The translations under genes and the position numbers were made by a program. A DNA stretch of 64,000 nucleotides from Octopus vulgaris (lineage: Eukaryota). Below the pieces are notes generated by a model. The model searched no databases and had not been told where the DNA came from. It worked only from the letters and a program-made list of their open reading frames with translations. The stretch's first letter is position 1. Every line of letters begins with the position of its first letter. Shown in pieces: positions 52,679-64,000 of this stretch. Where the stretch lies: the NCBI GenBank assembly GCA_951406725.2, contig OX597830.1, forward strand, positions 76,632,001 to 76,696,000, given 5' to 3'.

Positions 52679-52847
52679 CAAATGAAAGACGGAAGATGGA
52701 TTAAACGAGAATTTATTATTCATCACGACAATTGCTTCGACACATCTAGCATCGATTCTTCTTGAGGAATCGATGCTAGATGTGTCGAAGCAATTGTCGT
52801 GATGAATAATAAATTCTCGTATATTCCATCTTCCGTCTTTCATTTGC
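52678..52847. repeat. Near-perfect 170-bp palindrome abutting (TA)n, with HHR 3'-half-like GAAGC-AATT-GTC in both arms
   Basis: GCAAATGAAAGACGGAAGATGGA..GCATCGATTC / GAATCGATGC..TCCATCTTCCGTCTTTCATTTGC. Confidence 0.9.
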
Positions 52848-52919
52848 CATATACATAACAAGAAAGTGGCCGTGCTTTACCAGTAAACTACCGAGTGTAA
52901 ACCATTCATTTTATAATCC

Positions 52920-52995
<76 letters not shown>

Positions 52996-53024
52996 TGTAT
53001 GTATATGTATGTATATACACATAT

Positions 53025-53089
<65 letters not shown>

Positions 53090-53968
53090 TGGACAAACGA
53101 AAGAAAATGAGACTCAACACATTTCGTAAGAGTTATTATTATTATTATTATTATTTATTACACTTTGATTCGGTTCCATGCGACGCATGCTTCTTACAGA
53201 ATCCTGACATCGATTCCAGTGGACCACTGGTACGTATTTTATCGGCCTCCGAAGCGATGAAAGCCAAAGTCAACCTCTGCGGTATATGCCTACATATGCA
53301 TATATCAGTGTGTCTGTGAATGCCTATGCGTAAGTATGCTCTTCTGTACGTGCTGTGGTAGGGTCTTCTAGCTTATAGGCAGATCTTACAGCTGGTTTAT
53401 CTATCAGTAGCATTTTCCATCCCGAAAATGGCTTCTCCTTTACCACAGAATCTACGGATAGAGGATATTTGTTGGCGTTAGGTTTGATGGTGTGTGAGGT
53501 GTTACTAGTTTAGACTATTGTTAGTAGTTATAATTGTGGTGGTGATAGCGGTAATATACTGGTTGCAGTGGTAGTATTGGTGGTAGCCGATGGTAGCGGT
53601 AGTGATGATGACGGTGTATTAGTAGTTTTGGTTCTGGCTGTATTAGTATTATGGTTAGTGAGGGATAGTGGCAGACCTATTTTTTTTTGCGGGGGGGCGG
53701 GGGTATGCTGTTGGTTGTATATTACTATTGTTTGCAGTGATGGTGGGGTTGTTGGCGGTGGTGGCGGAGTGGTGTTCTCTTATTGTTGTTGATGATGATC
53801 ATTGGGATGGTGGTGATGTTAATCGTAGTCGCTGTTACAGTTGTAATACTTGAAGTCATATCTACTTTCAAGCTTTGCCTGTATGGGCGTATGCAAGTAC
53901 GCATGGATGTGCTTATATATGCATGTTTTTATGTGTATACGAGTGGGTGTCTATACCTAAAAACGTAT

Positions 53969-54023
<55 letters not shown>

Positions 54024-54155
54024 TGCGTATAAGAAGGGATGACCACTAAGTGGACATCCAGTACGCTAGAAGAAGATCACCTACGATCTAACCACAGAGA
54101 AAAGAATGTTCTCTAGAGAAATTTAGCAAACACCAGAACATAAGCCTCATTTATT

Positions 54156-54203
<48 letters not shown>

Positions 54204-54240
54204 AAGAGAGAGAGAGAAGCAGAGATAGATAGACAGACAG

Positions 54241-54283
<43 letters not shown>

Positions 54284-54432
54284 GATATATATATAGAGAG
54301 AGAGATAGATAGATAGATAGATAGCATATATACTTACATATTTATATGTATGTGTATGCATGTGTGTCAATGTGCACTTATTTGTGAGTGTGCTTTTGCT
54401 CGTCCGCTACTAAGCGTGCGTATGTGTGTGTT

Positions 54433-54464
<32 letters not shown>

Positions 54465-55021
54465 TGTATGCATGTATGCATGCATGTGCGTGTACGCATG
54501 CGCGTATAATCTTCTCTCAATGCGATCTAGTGGTGGCAGAAAAGATGAGACGGTAGAAATAAAGTCGAAAACAAAACCCAAAAAAAACAACACAGCACAA
54601 AAACAAAACAAGAAACAAAAAGAAAAGGAAAGAGTATCGGTGTTAGACGAGGTGGTGGTGCGGTGCGGTGCGGTGCGGAGCGGAGCGGCATGGCGAAGTG
54701 AATGTGAGATGAGGTGAGGTTATAGGATATGAGTTGAGATGAGAGAAGAAATCGTGTGAAGATGGCGGAGGTTAAAGTTGTGTTGGGCGGAGGCGGAGAG
54801 GCGTAAAGAAAGGGGAGTAGGGAGATGTCAAAAGATGTGACATAGCTATCTGGATTTATGGGGGTTAAGGGTGAAAAGTCTTCCAGCGAGTATCTCATTA
54901 TAGCTTATCCTCCTTTGTTGATGCTCGGCTTTTAAAGATGGTGGAAGTTTCATCTTCGTCCTTGTCTTTGTTGCTCTCTCTCGCTCTCTCGCTCTCTCTC
55001 TCTCAAATACACACACACACA

Positions 55022-55228
55022 CATACAAACGCACACGAGCACACACATACTAGCACACACACACACACACAAGCACTCATACAAACGCACACGAGCACAC
55101 ACATACTAGCACACACACACACACACACAAGCACACATACAAACGCACACGAGCACACACATACTAGCACACACACACAAGCACACATACAAACACACAC
55201 GAGCACACACATACTAGCACACACGCAC
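55022..55228. repeat. Minisatellite, four ~50-58-bp units
   Basis: CATACAAACGCACACGAGCACACACATACTAGCACACA.. at ~55022, 55078, 55136 and 55186. Confidence 0.85.
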
Positions 55229-56471
55229 TAACACAGAAGCATATATGCACACACAGACTCGTACGTGTACGCACACTCTCGCACTCATACACACACTAAT
55301 ACATACGCATCATAATACAGAAGCACAGTAGAACGCACACTAACTCTTACACAAAAACACACACACATTTACATAGACCTGCACGCACATATGCACATAG
55401 ATACACACATATTAATACATGCACATTAACACACACAAGTACGCTAGCATACACACTAATACACCACGCATTCACATAGATTTGTACACACGCACACATT
55501 TATACACATATATACACATGCGCATAGAGCCAGAAATAGACATACATACATACTCCATTACAGATATATGCATACGTGCACACACATGCATACATGCATA
55601 CATGCATACATGAATATACGTCACACTTAAGCATATAGAAAGGCTCACACACGCATACACACACACACCAACACACGTGCTTATACAGATGCGTATAGAC
55701 AAAAATACACATATACATATACATTCATATCAACATATATATACTCATACACCTATACGCACACATATATACAAATACATACACACAGACATAAAGCCGC
55801 AAGCAAACACAAATAGACTTACACATATACATATACATTCATATCAACACATATATATACTCATACACGTATACGCACACATATATATATATACACACAC
55901 TCACACACACATATATATATATATATAAACATATATACACACATAGAGCCACCAACTGACACAAATAGACATATGCATATACTCCATTACAGATATATGT
56001 ATATGTGTACACACATGCATACATGCATACATACCTAAATTTACGCCTCACATAAGCACACAGAAAGGCTCACACACACACACATACACAGTTTCCCCCC
56101 CCACACACACATACGCGCTTATACAGCCACGTATAGATAGAAATACACATATACATATTCATTCATATCGACATATATATTTTCATACATGTATACCTGA
56201 ATAAGTAGATTAACACACTGAGGCCCACAAATACACACACCACACATATATAAACATACATACTTATATAATCCCATACAGACACATGTACGCATATGCA
56301 TATGGGCATACTCGTGCAACCACAGATATGTGCATATATTTGCACACAAATGCATGCGTACATACAACACTCAGTCACGTAGATGGGGCTCATATGTACG
56401 TTAACGTGTACGCTTGCATATACATGCATTTATATAGCTACATGCAGACGCAAAATACATATACACATATA

Positions 56472-56872
56472 GGCGCAGGAGTGGCTGTGTGGTAAGTAGC
56501 TTGCTAATCAACCATATGGTGCCAGGTTCAGTCCCACTGCGTGGCACCTTGGGCAAGTGTCTTCTGCTATAGCCCCGGGCCGACCAATGTCTTGTGAGTG
56601 GATTTAGTAGACGGAAACTGAAAGAAGCTTGTCGTATGTATATGTGTGTGTGTTTGTGTGTCTGTGTTTGTCCCCCCAACATCACTTGACAACCGATGCT
56701 GGTGTGTTTACGTCCCCGTCACCTAGCGGTTCGGCAAAAAGAGACGGATAGAATTAGTACTGGGCTTACAAAAGAATAAGTCCCGGGGTCGATTTGCTCG
56801 ACTAAAGGCGGTGCTCCAGCAAGGCCACAGTCAAATGACTGAAACAAGTAAAAGAGTAAAAGAGTAAAGAGT
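56472..56872 (+). mobile_element. SINE family A, full length
   Basis: GGCGCAGGAGTGGCTGTGTGGTAAG...CAGTCAAATGACTGAAACAAGT(AAAAGAGT)n. Confidence 0.92.
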
Positions 56873-57124
56873 ATATACTCAGAAATCACCGTGTTTATAC
56901 TTACACAAGTATGTAAGCAGACATATACATACATAGAAACATACATAGAAACATACATAGACATACATACATACATACATGCATGCATACATACACACAT
57001 ACATACATACATGCATACATGCATACATACATGTAACGTTTAAACGCACAGACAAGCTCCGTCATTCTTTCGCCCTTGTATACACATATACAGACGGAAT
57101 ACATACAAGCATGCATGCACGCAA

Positions 57125-57159
<35 letters not shown>

Positions 57160-57379
57160 TACACTCACACATACACACATTGAGTTTCATTCGTACACAG
57201 ATTCATATAGTTTTACGCACACACATACGTACATACATACATACAGAGAAACTTACATAGACATACCGTACCATATCATACGCAGAGACAACTCGATTCA
57301 CGTGCACGCATGCATGCACACACACACACATGCATACACGCACATATACGCATATAGCAACAAGTTATATATACATACA

Positions 57380-57609
57380 AGGCGGCAAGCTGGCAGAATC
57401 GTTAGCACGCCGGGCAAAATGCCTAGCAGTATTTCGTCTGTCGTTACGTTCTGAGTTCAAATTCCGCCGAGGTTGACTTTGCCTTTCATCCTTTCGGGGT
57501 CGATAAATAAAGTACCAGTTTCGCACTGGGGTCGATGTAATCGACTTAATCCCTTTGTCTGTCCTTGTTTGTCCCCTCTATGTTTAGCCCCTTGTGGGTA
57601 ATAAAGAAA
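57380..57609 (+). mobile_element. SINE family B
   Basis: GGCGGCAAGCTGGCAGAATCGTTAGCACGCCGGGC..TAATAAAGAAA. Confidence 0.88.
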
Positions 57610-58220
57610 CATATATATACATACATAACCACATACAAATATATGCATACACACAGCACTGTGCCGTAACAAAATGTGCAGATAAATACTACACCAACAC
57701 AGACCACATTGAAATACATAGAAACACACACACACATACACACATACACATAGAAACACACACACACACATGCACACACATAGGCACACGCATTATTTCG
57801 TATGAATCTGACGCCTATATACATTTCTTCATACACCCAAATCTATACACAAACAAAAATATATATCTTATGAAATATACGCACGAATGCACATACGTAT
57901 GCATTCAGCTGTACATATCATATATCTTATGTTTATACACACATCTATACCCGATACCTGGTTTTACCTTTTATCTATTTCTCTGTTTCGGTCGTTGGAC
58001 TGCGGCCAAACTGGGGCACCATATCGGAAGAGTCTGTCGAACAAATCTACCCTTCTTTATATTTTTCAAGTATAGTACTTTTTCTATCACCAGTTATCAA
58101 GCTGTGTTGGGGGTCAAACACAATGCAAACACTCCTACACATGCACACACATAGACACGCACGCACACACACACACAATTAACTAAATGAAAAAGGAAAA
58201 GGTATTACGTAATTAACTGC

Positions 58221-58297
58221 AATAGCTTACAGCTGTTTCCGCTATAAGATGTAGTGCACTCAGAGATGAGTTCTCGTGCATCTTCTCCGAAGCTATT
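58221..58297 (-). ncRNA. Degenerate hammerhead motif (core TCGGAGA)
   Basis: Minus strand: AATAGCT-TCGGAGA-AGATG..CATCT..-GAAAC-AGCT-GTA-AGCTATT. Stem I is a perfect 7 bp and the 3' half matches the motif at 3353. Confidence 0.55.
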
Positions 58298-58371
58298 AGT
58301 ATCGCTTTCCCTAAACGAAAGTTTGATATATATGTACATACATACATATGTATGATATGATATGATATAAT

Positions 58372-58584
58372 CTATTCTGCTCTCGACACGAGGCCCGAAA
58401 TTTTGGGGGTAGGAGGCCAGTTGATTAGATCGATCCCAGTACGAACTGGTACTTAATTTATCGACCCCGAAAGGATGAAAGGCAAAGTCGACCTCGGTGG
58501 AATTTGAACTCAGAACGTAAAGACAGACGAAATACCGCTAAGCATTTCGCCCGGCGTGCTAGCGTTTCTGCCAGCTCACCGCCT
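58372..58584 (-). mobile_element. SINE family B
   Basis: CGACCCCGAAAGGATGAAAGGCAAAGTCGACCTCGG..TTTCTGCCAGCTCACCGCC. Confidence 0.88.
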
Positions 58585-58662
58585 TCATAGCATTAAAACA
58601 TACTGCTGTCGCTGCTGATGTTGTTGTTGTTGCTGCTGCTGCTGTTGATGCTGTTGCTGTTG

Positions 58663-59027
58663 AGCGAACGGTCTTCGTCCCAGAGCTCGCAAGATGGGAG
58701 AAGTCCGAAACGTGGTCCTTTGCTATTCGTAAGACCCGCAGAAGAGAAAGCAGGTCAACCCCCGACACCGAGAGCATCGACGGATGGATGAATGCGCATC
58801 CAGGCTCAGCAGTCGCGTAGGAAGTCGGGGACAAGAAACAGGAAGAAAGAGTGAGAGAAAGTTTGGGCGAAAGAGTACAACAGGGGTCGCCACCAGCCCT
58901 TGCAAGAGACCCGTGGAGCTTTAGGTGTTTTCGCTCAATAAACACACACAACGCCCGGTCTGGGTATCGAACCGCGATCCTCCGACCGCGAATCCGCTGC
59001 CCTAAACAATGGGCCATTGCGCCTCCA
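58663..59027 (-). mobile_element. tRNA-derived SINE family D
   Basis: Minus head GGAGGCGCAATGGCCCATTGTTTAGGGCAGCGG..GGTTCGATACCC; a second copy lies at 61944-62238. Confidence 0.8.
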
Positions 59028-59077
59028 CTGCTGCTGCTGCTGCTACTGCTGCTGCTGCTACTACTACTACTACTACA

Positions 59078-59111
<34 letters not shown>

Positions 59112-59436
59112 TACTGCTGCTGCTGCTGCTGCTGCTGCTATTACTGTTGCTTTGAAACTAGTTGTCATTCGTAGGAACTTAGGACTTCTAAACTGGTATC
59201 ATGATTTCATAAGTCTCTATAAGTCCCTGTTTAATACTATGACTACTTCTATTACCACTGGTGCTGCTCTGCTGCAGCTGCAGTTGCTACTAGTGCTGCT
59301 GCTGTTCCTACAAATAATAATAAAACCACTGATGCAACTTACTACAGATACTACTCACAAAGACTACTGTTGCTACCACCACCGCCACTGCTGCAGCTAC
59401 TACTACTACTACTACTACTGCTACTACTACTACTAT

Positions 59437-59473
<37 letters not shown>

Positions 59474-59502
59474 GCTGCTGCTGCTACTACTACTACTACT
59501 AT

Positions 59503-59548
<46 letters not shown>

Positions 59549-59552
59549 GCTG

Positions 59553-59604
<52 letters not shown>

Positions 59605-59605
59605 C
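59028..59605. repeat. (CTA)n/(CTG)n microsatellites
   Basis: Direct reading. Confidence 0.95.
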
Positions 59606-59827
59606 GTTAACATCACTGCTGCAATTTTGTCGGTTCTTGATGTGCATCCTACTTGATGTCACTCGATGTCTCGAATATCTTTGTCCATTTGTAGCTGTGT
59701 GACTTTATGTCTTGTGTCTGTCAGTCTTGCCTGTCACTCTGTCTCTCTGCTTGCCTACCTGTTTGCTTGTCTGCCTGATTGCCTGTCTGCCTGCCTCTCT
59801 GTCAGTCTGTATGCATGCATGTATGTA

Positions 59828-59961
59828 ATGCTTACCAACCACATGGTTCCTGGTTCAGTCCCACTGCGTGGCTCCTTGGTCAACTGTCTCCTACTATAGC
59901 CTCGGGCCGACCAAAGCCTTGTGGGTGGATTTCATAGACGAAAACTGAAAAAAGCCCGTTG

Positions 59962-60037
<76 letters not shown>

Positions 60038-60255
60038 TGTGTGTGTGTGTCTGTGTGTTTGTGTGTCTGTGTTTGTCCCTCCAACATCGCTTGACAACCG
60101 ATGCTGGCGTGTTTACGTAACATTAGCGGCTCGGCAAAAGAGACCGATAGAATAACTACTAGGCTTCCAAAGAATAATTCCTGGGGTCAATTTGCTCGAC
60201 TACAGGCGGTGCTCCAGCCTGGCCGCAGTCAAATGACTGAAACAAGTAAAAGAGT
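59828..60255 (+). mobile_element. SINE family A, slightly 5'-truncated
   Basis: TGCTTACCAACCACATGGTTCC..CAGTCAAATGACTGAAACAAGTAAAAGAGT. Confidence 0.9.
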
Positions 60256-60488
60256 ATGCATACATGCAAGACTGTATCATCTGTCTATATGTTGAGTCTT
60301 GTTTTATATCAGAATTGTCAATTAAAATCACACCGGCGAACGCTTAAATTCTCATTTTCCTTCAACGAATCAAGGGATGTAGTGAAGCATAAATGAATAA
60401 CACATCATCCTCATCATCCATCATCATCATCATCGTCATCATCATCACCATCACTGCCATCATCACTATTATTATTAGTATTAATACT

Positions 60489-60607
<119 letters not shown>

Positions 60608-60795
60608 CATCATTATTATTATTATTATTACACCCTAGTTTATTATGTGGTTGCTGAGCAGCGCGCAATGCGCTGAGTAACTTAATCAGAGATGTGGTGT
60701 GATATATATGAACTCTCGTCTCTTAGATCCACGCTACCTGTCAAAGAGCGTTCTGTGATAGATAGGGAAATACGACGACATTTTCAATACGTATG

Positions 60796-60829
<34 letters not shown>

Positions 60830-60907
60830 TGTATGTATGTATGTATGTATGTATGTATGTATGTATGTATGTATGTATGTATGCATGTATGTATGCATGC
60901 ATGTATG

Positions 60908-60941
<34 letters not shown>

Positions 60942-61284
60942 TGCATGTATGTATGTATGTATGTATGTATGTTTGTTTGTATGTATGTTTGTATGTATGC
61001 ATGTATGTATGTATGTATGTAGGGTTGTAGGTGAATATGTGGGCACGTATGCATGTATGTACATATATAAGTATATATATATATATATATACATAGATGA
61101 ACACACACACAAACATATATATATATACGTATATATACGTGTACGTAAGAATATACATACATGCATACGTGCATACATACATATATAAGTATATGTATAT
61201 GTAGGCATGTATATATGCGTATTTATGTATGTATATATATACACACACATACATAAACACACGCATACAAACACGTACACACAT

Positions 61285-61322
<38 letters not shown>

Positions 61323-61943
61323 GTACATCTCAGTCACGAATAGAATCAAATATCAAAGCGCATTTGCACGCACACACAGGCATACACACACACATACACA
61401 AACGCATGCAAAACACGCTTGTAAACACGCATGCACACACACATGCACACGTACGCACACACACACACGCACACACACACACACACATGCACACACACAG
61501 AGAAATACATAAATTCGAACGCGAACGTATAAAAACAAGCGCTCTGCAAAAGATGGCTATTTTAAAGATCTTGCCGTAATTATTGCAATACGTGTGTATG
61601 TATGTGTGTGTGTGTGGTGTGCATGCACGAGTGTATGTGTATGTGTTTTATATGTGTGTATATGTGGGGTGGTATGACGTTTTGTGTGACTGTCTGTGTT
61701 TGTTATTTTTTTAATTTTCTATACCCTCTTGTTTTTATTTGTTAAAATAATAATTCAAAAAGACAGCTGGGAGATAGAGTAAGAAGCAACGGTGTAAAAG
61801 ATTAAATTTGTGAAAGGTGATATCACAAAATACCCAATAAGTGCGCGCGCACACACACACACACACACACGCTCACACACACATACATCGATATATGGAT
61901 GAATGTATGTATAGGCCTGTTTATGTGCATATATTTGTATATA

Positions 61944-62238
61944 TCACGTGATCACGTGACCGTCCAGTCCATCAGATGTAGTTACACATCGCTGGTCACA
62001 ATGCGTTCGCATTGTTTTAGCCTTCGAATGATGCCACCCCGCTGGCTAAGCGAGCAGGCCAACAGAAGAAAGAGTGGTGAAAGAGTACAGCAGGGATCGC
62101 CACCCACCCCCTGCCGAAGACTCCTGGAGATCTTAGGTGTTTTCGCTCAATAAACACTCACAACGCCCGGTCTGGGAATCGAAACAGCGATCCTACGACC
62201 ACGAGTCCGCTGCCCTAAACACTGGGCCATTGCGCCTC
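61944..62238 (-). mobile_element. tRNA-derived SINE family D (different 3' body)
   Basis: Minus head GAGGCGCAATGGCCCAGTGTTTAGGGCAGCGG..GTTTCGATTCCCAGACCGGGCGTTG. Confidence 0.8.
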
Positions 62239-62264
62239 GATATTTGTATACATATATCACTATT

Positions 62265-62480
62265 CTTTTATTTGTTTCAGCCGCTTGACTGCGGCCATGT
62301 GGGAGCATCACCTTACAGGGCCTTTTAGACAAAGAAATCGACCTCAGGACTTATCCTTTGTAAGCCTTGTACATACTTTATCGTTTCATTTGTCGAACTG
62401 CTAAGTTACGGGGAGATAAGCACACCAGAGATCAGTTATGAGGCGATGGCAGAGGGACAAACACAGACACATATGATATG

Positions 62481-62517
<37 letters not shown>

Positions 62518-62622
62518 GCGTGGCTGTGTGGTAAGCAGCTTGCTTTCCAACCACATGGTTCCGAGTTCAGTCCCACTGCGTGGCAACTTGGGCAAGTGTC
62601 TTCTGTTATAGTCTCGGGCCGA
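62265..62622. mobile_element. Back-to-back SINE-A fragments (3' half on -, head on +)
   Basis: TTGTTTCAGCCGCTTGACTGCGGCCATG..GGGACAAACACAGACAC (-); GCGTGGCTGTGTGGTAAG..CTCGGGCCGA (+). Confidence 0.75.
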
Positions 62623-63583
62623 GCATCTTAATCTTGTTCTCAACTCCTGCAACATTCAGCCGCCACAACTTGAACGCCGAAAATCAACCTCTTTGTCTAT
62701 ATATCTATCCTCTTTATAATGTTGGCAAATGAAATAGAGATAAGAATGTGCATTGTCCGTTTGATTGGAAAATTCCTATAAGTGGCTGAAGATTGCTCGA
62801 TTTTCTAAAACTAATGTAATACTTAAAATGAAGTAGCATGAAACAATTGTACTACTCTACCTCGGATATACTTGTTGCTTATTTTGATTATATATATATA
62901 TATCAAAGTAACGTACATGTATGCATATAAATTTTATATGTAAAAATTTTTTTAAATATATATATATATCTAAAAAAAGCACTTCAATGTCGTTTATCAC
63001 CAAGTTCTTCTCAAATGAAAAGAAACGATAGATTTTTCTTATGATATCATATGAGTGTTTAAGTTGAAAAGTTTGCACTACGATATATACATATACATAT
63101 ACATATATATATATATATATGTGTGTGTGTTGTGTGTGTATGTATGTCTTTACATTTACAATTTCGTAGATGCTGAAAGATGCTCATCTCATTTCCTTTA
63201 CATCAAATCCGGCAGTGTCCAGTCTTACAGCAACGAACAACTTTGGTTTTGGACTCCTGGAATAGCTTACGATCCATCTATGAGGGGAGAGGTATTTCTT
63301 CACTTCCTGATGTAATTAACTATAAAAGAATGACACATCTGTATAGTAGTAGTAGTAGTAGTAGTAGTTAATGGGAATATCCGGTGGTGTCAAAACAAAA
63401 GGGATAGGTACTAGCGTGTTTGGTATTTAGTTTAGTGCATATGTTTGTACACTCTTAATTTTCGGGGTAGGTGGTCTGACTTGGATTGTGAGCCTAATGC
63501 TATACGCCTATTGGTCATAGTTTACATTAAATTTTTAACTTTGTTATATATTATTATTAAAGGATTTTGAATATTTTATCTAC

Positions 63584-63809
<226 letters not shown>

Positions 63810-64000
63810 GTCGGTCTGTCTGTCTGTCTGTTTCTCTGTCCGTCTGAGAGTCTGACTATCTGTCAGTCTTCCTGCCTACCTCCGTTCTTGTATGTGTTCA
63901 TGTACCTTTCCGTCTAATTCAATATGTGTGTGTGTGCGTGTTTGGGTGTTATGATGTGGGTATATACACCTTGTGTAAAATAGTATTACACAAATAAATA

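Overview
AT-rich animal (eukaryotic) intergenic or intronic DNA. It is most likely from an octopus or related cephalopod, inferred from the extreme (TA)n/(CA)n/(TATC)n/(ATT)n microsatellite load and the SINE families. I found no credible host gene exon; almost all listed ORFs are microsatellite read-throughs. The window is a patchwork of mobile elements: a 5'-truncated Penelope-like element (PLE; RT thumb plus GIY-YIG, with an inverted pseudo-LTR), two CR1-like LINE insertions (one with an uninterrupted 438-codon RT ORF and a 27-bp TSD), RTE and Dong/R4 fragments, two decayed Tc1/mariner transposons and about 30 tRNA-derived SINE copies. The main unannotated signal is about 20 hammerhead-ribozyme (HHR) or HHR-like motifs in short non-coding cassettes, most of which abut (TA)n tracts. 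These include two ORF-less head-to-tail arrays (490 and 540 bp units) with one canonical HHR per unit, which look like retrozymes or PLE pLTR multimers. Several foldback cassettes and recurrent non-canonical catalytic cores (C at position 4; U3-A8) are also present. All structures were read by eye, so coordinates are approximate to a few bases.
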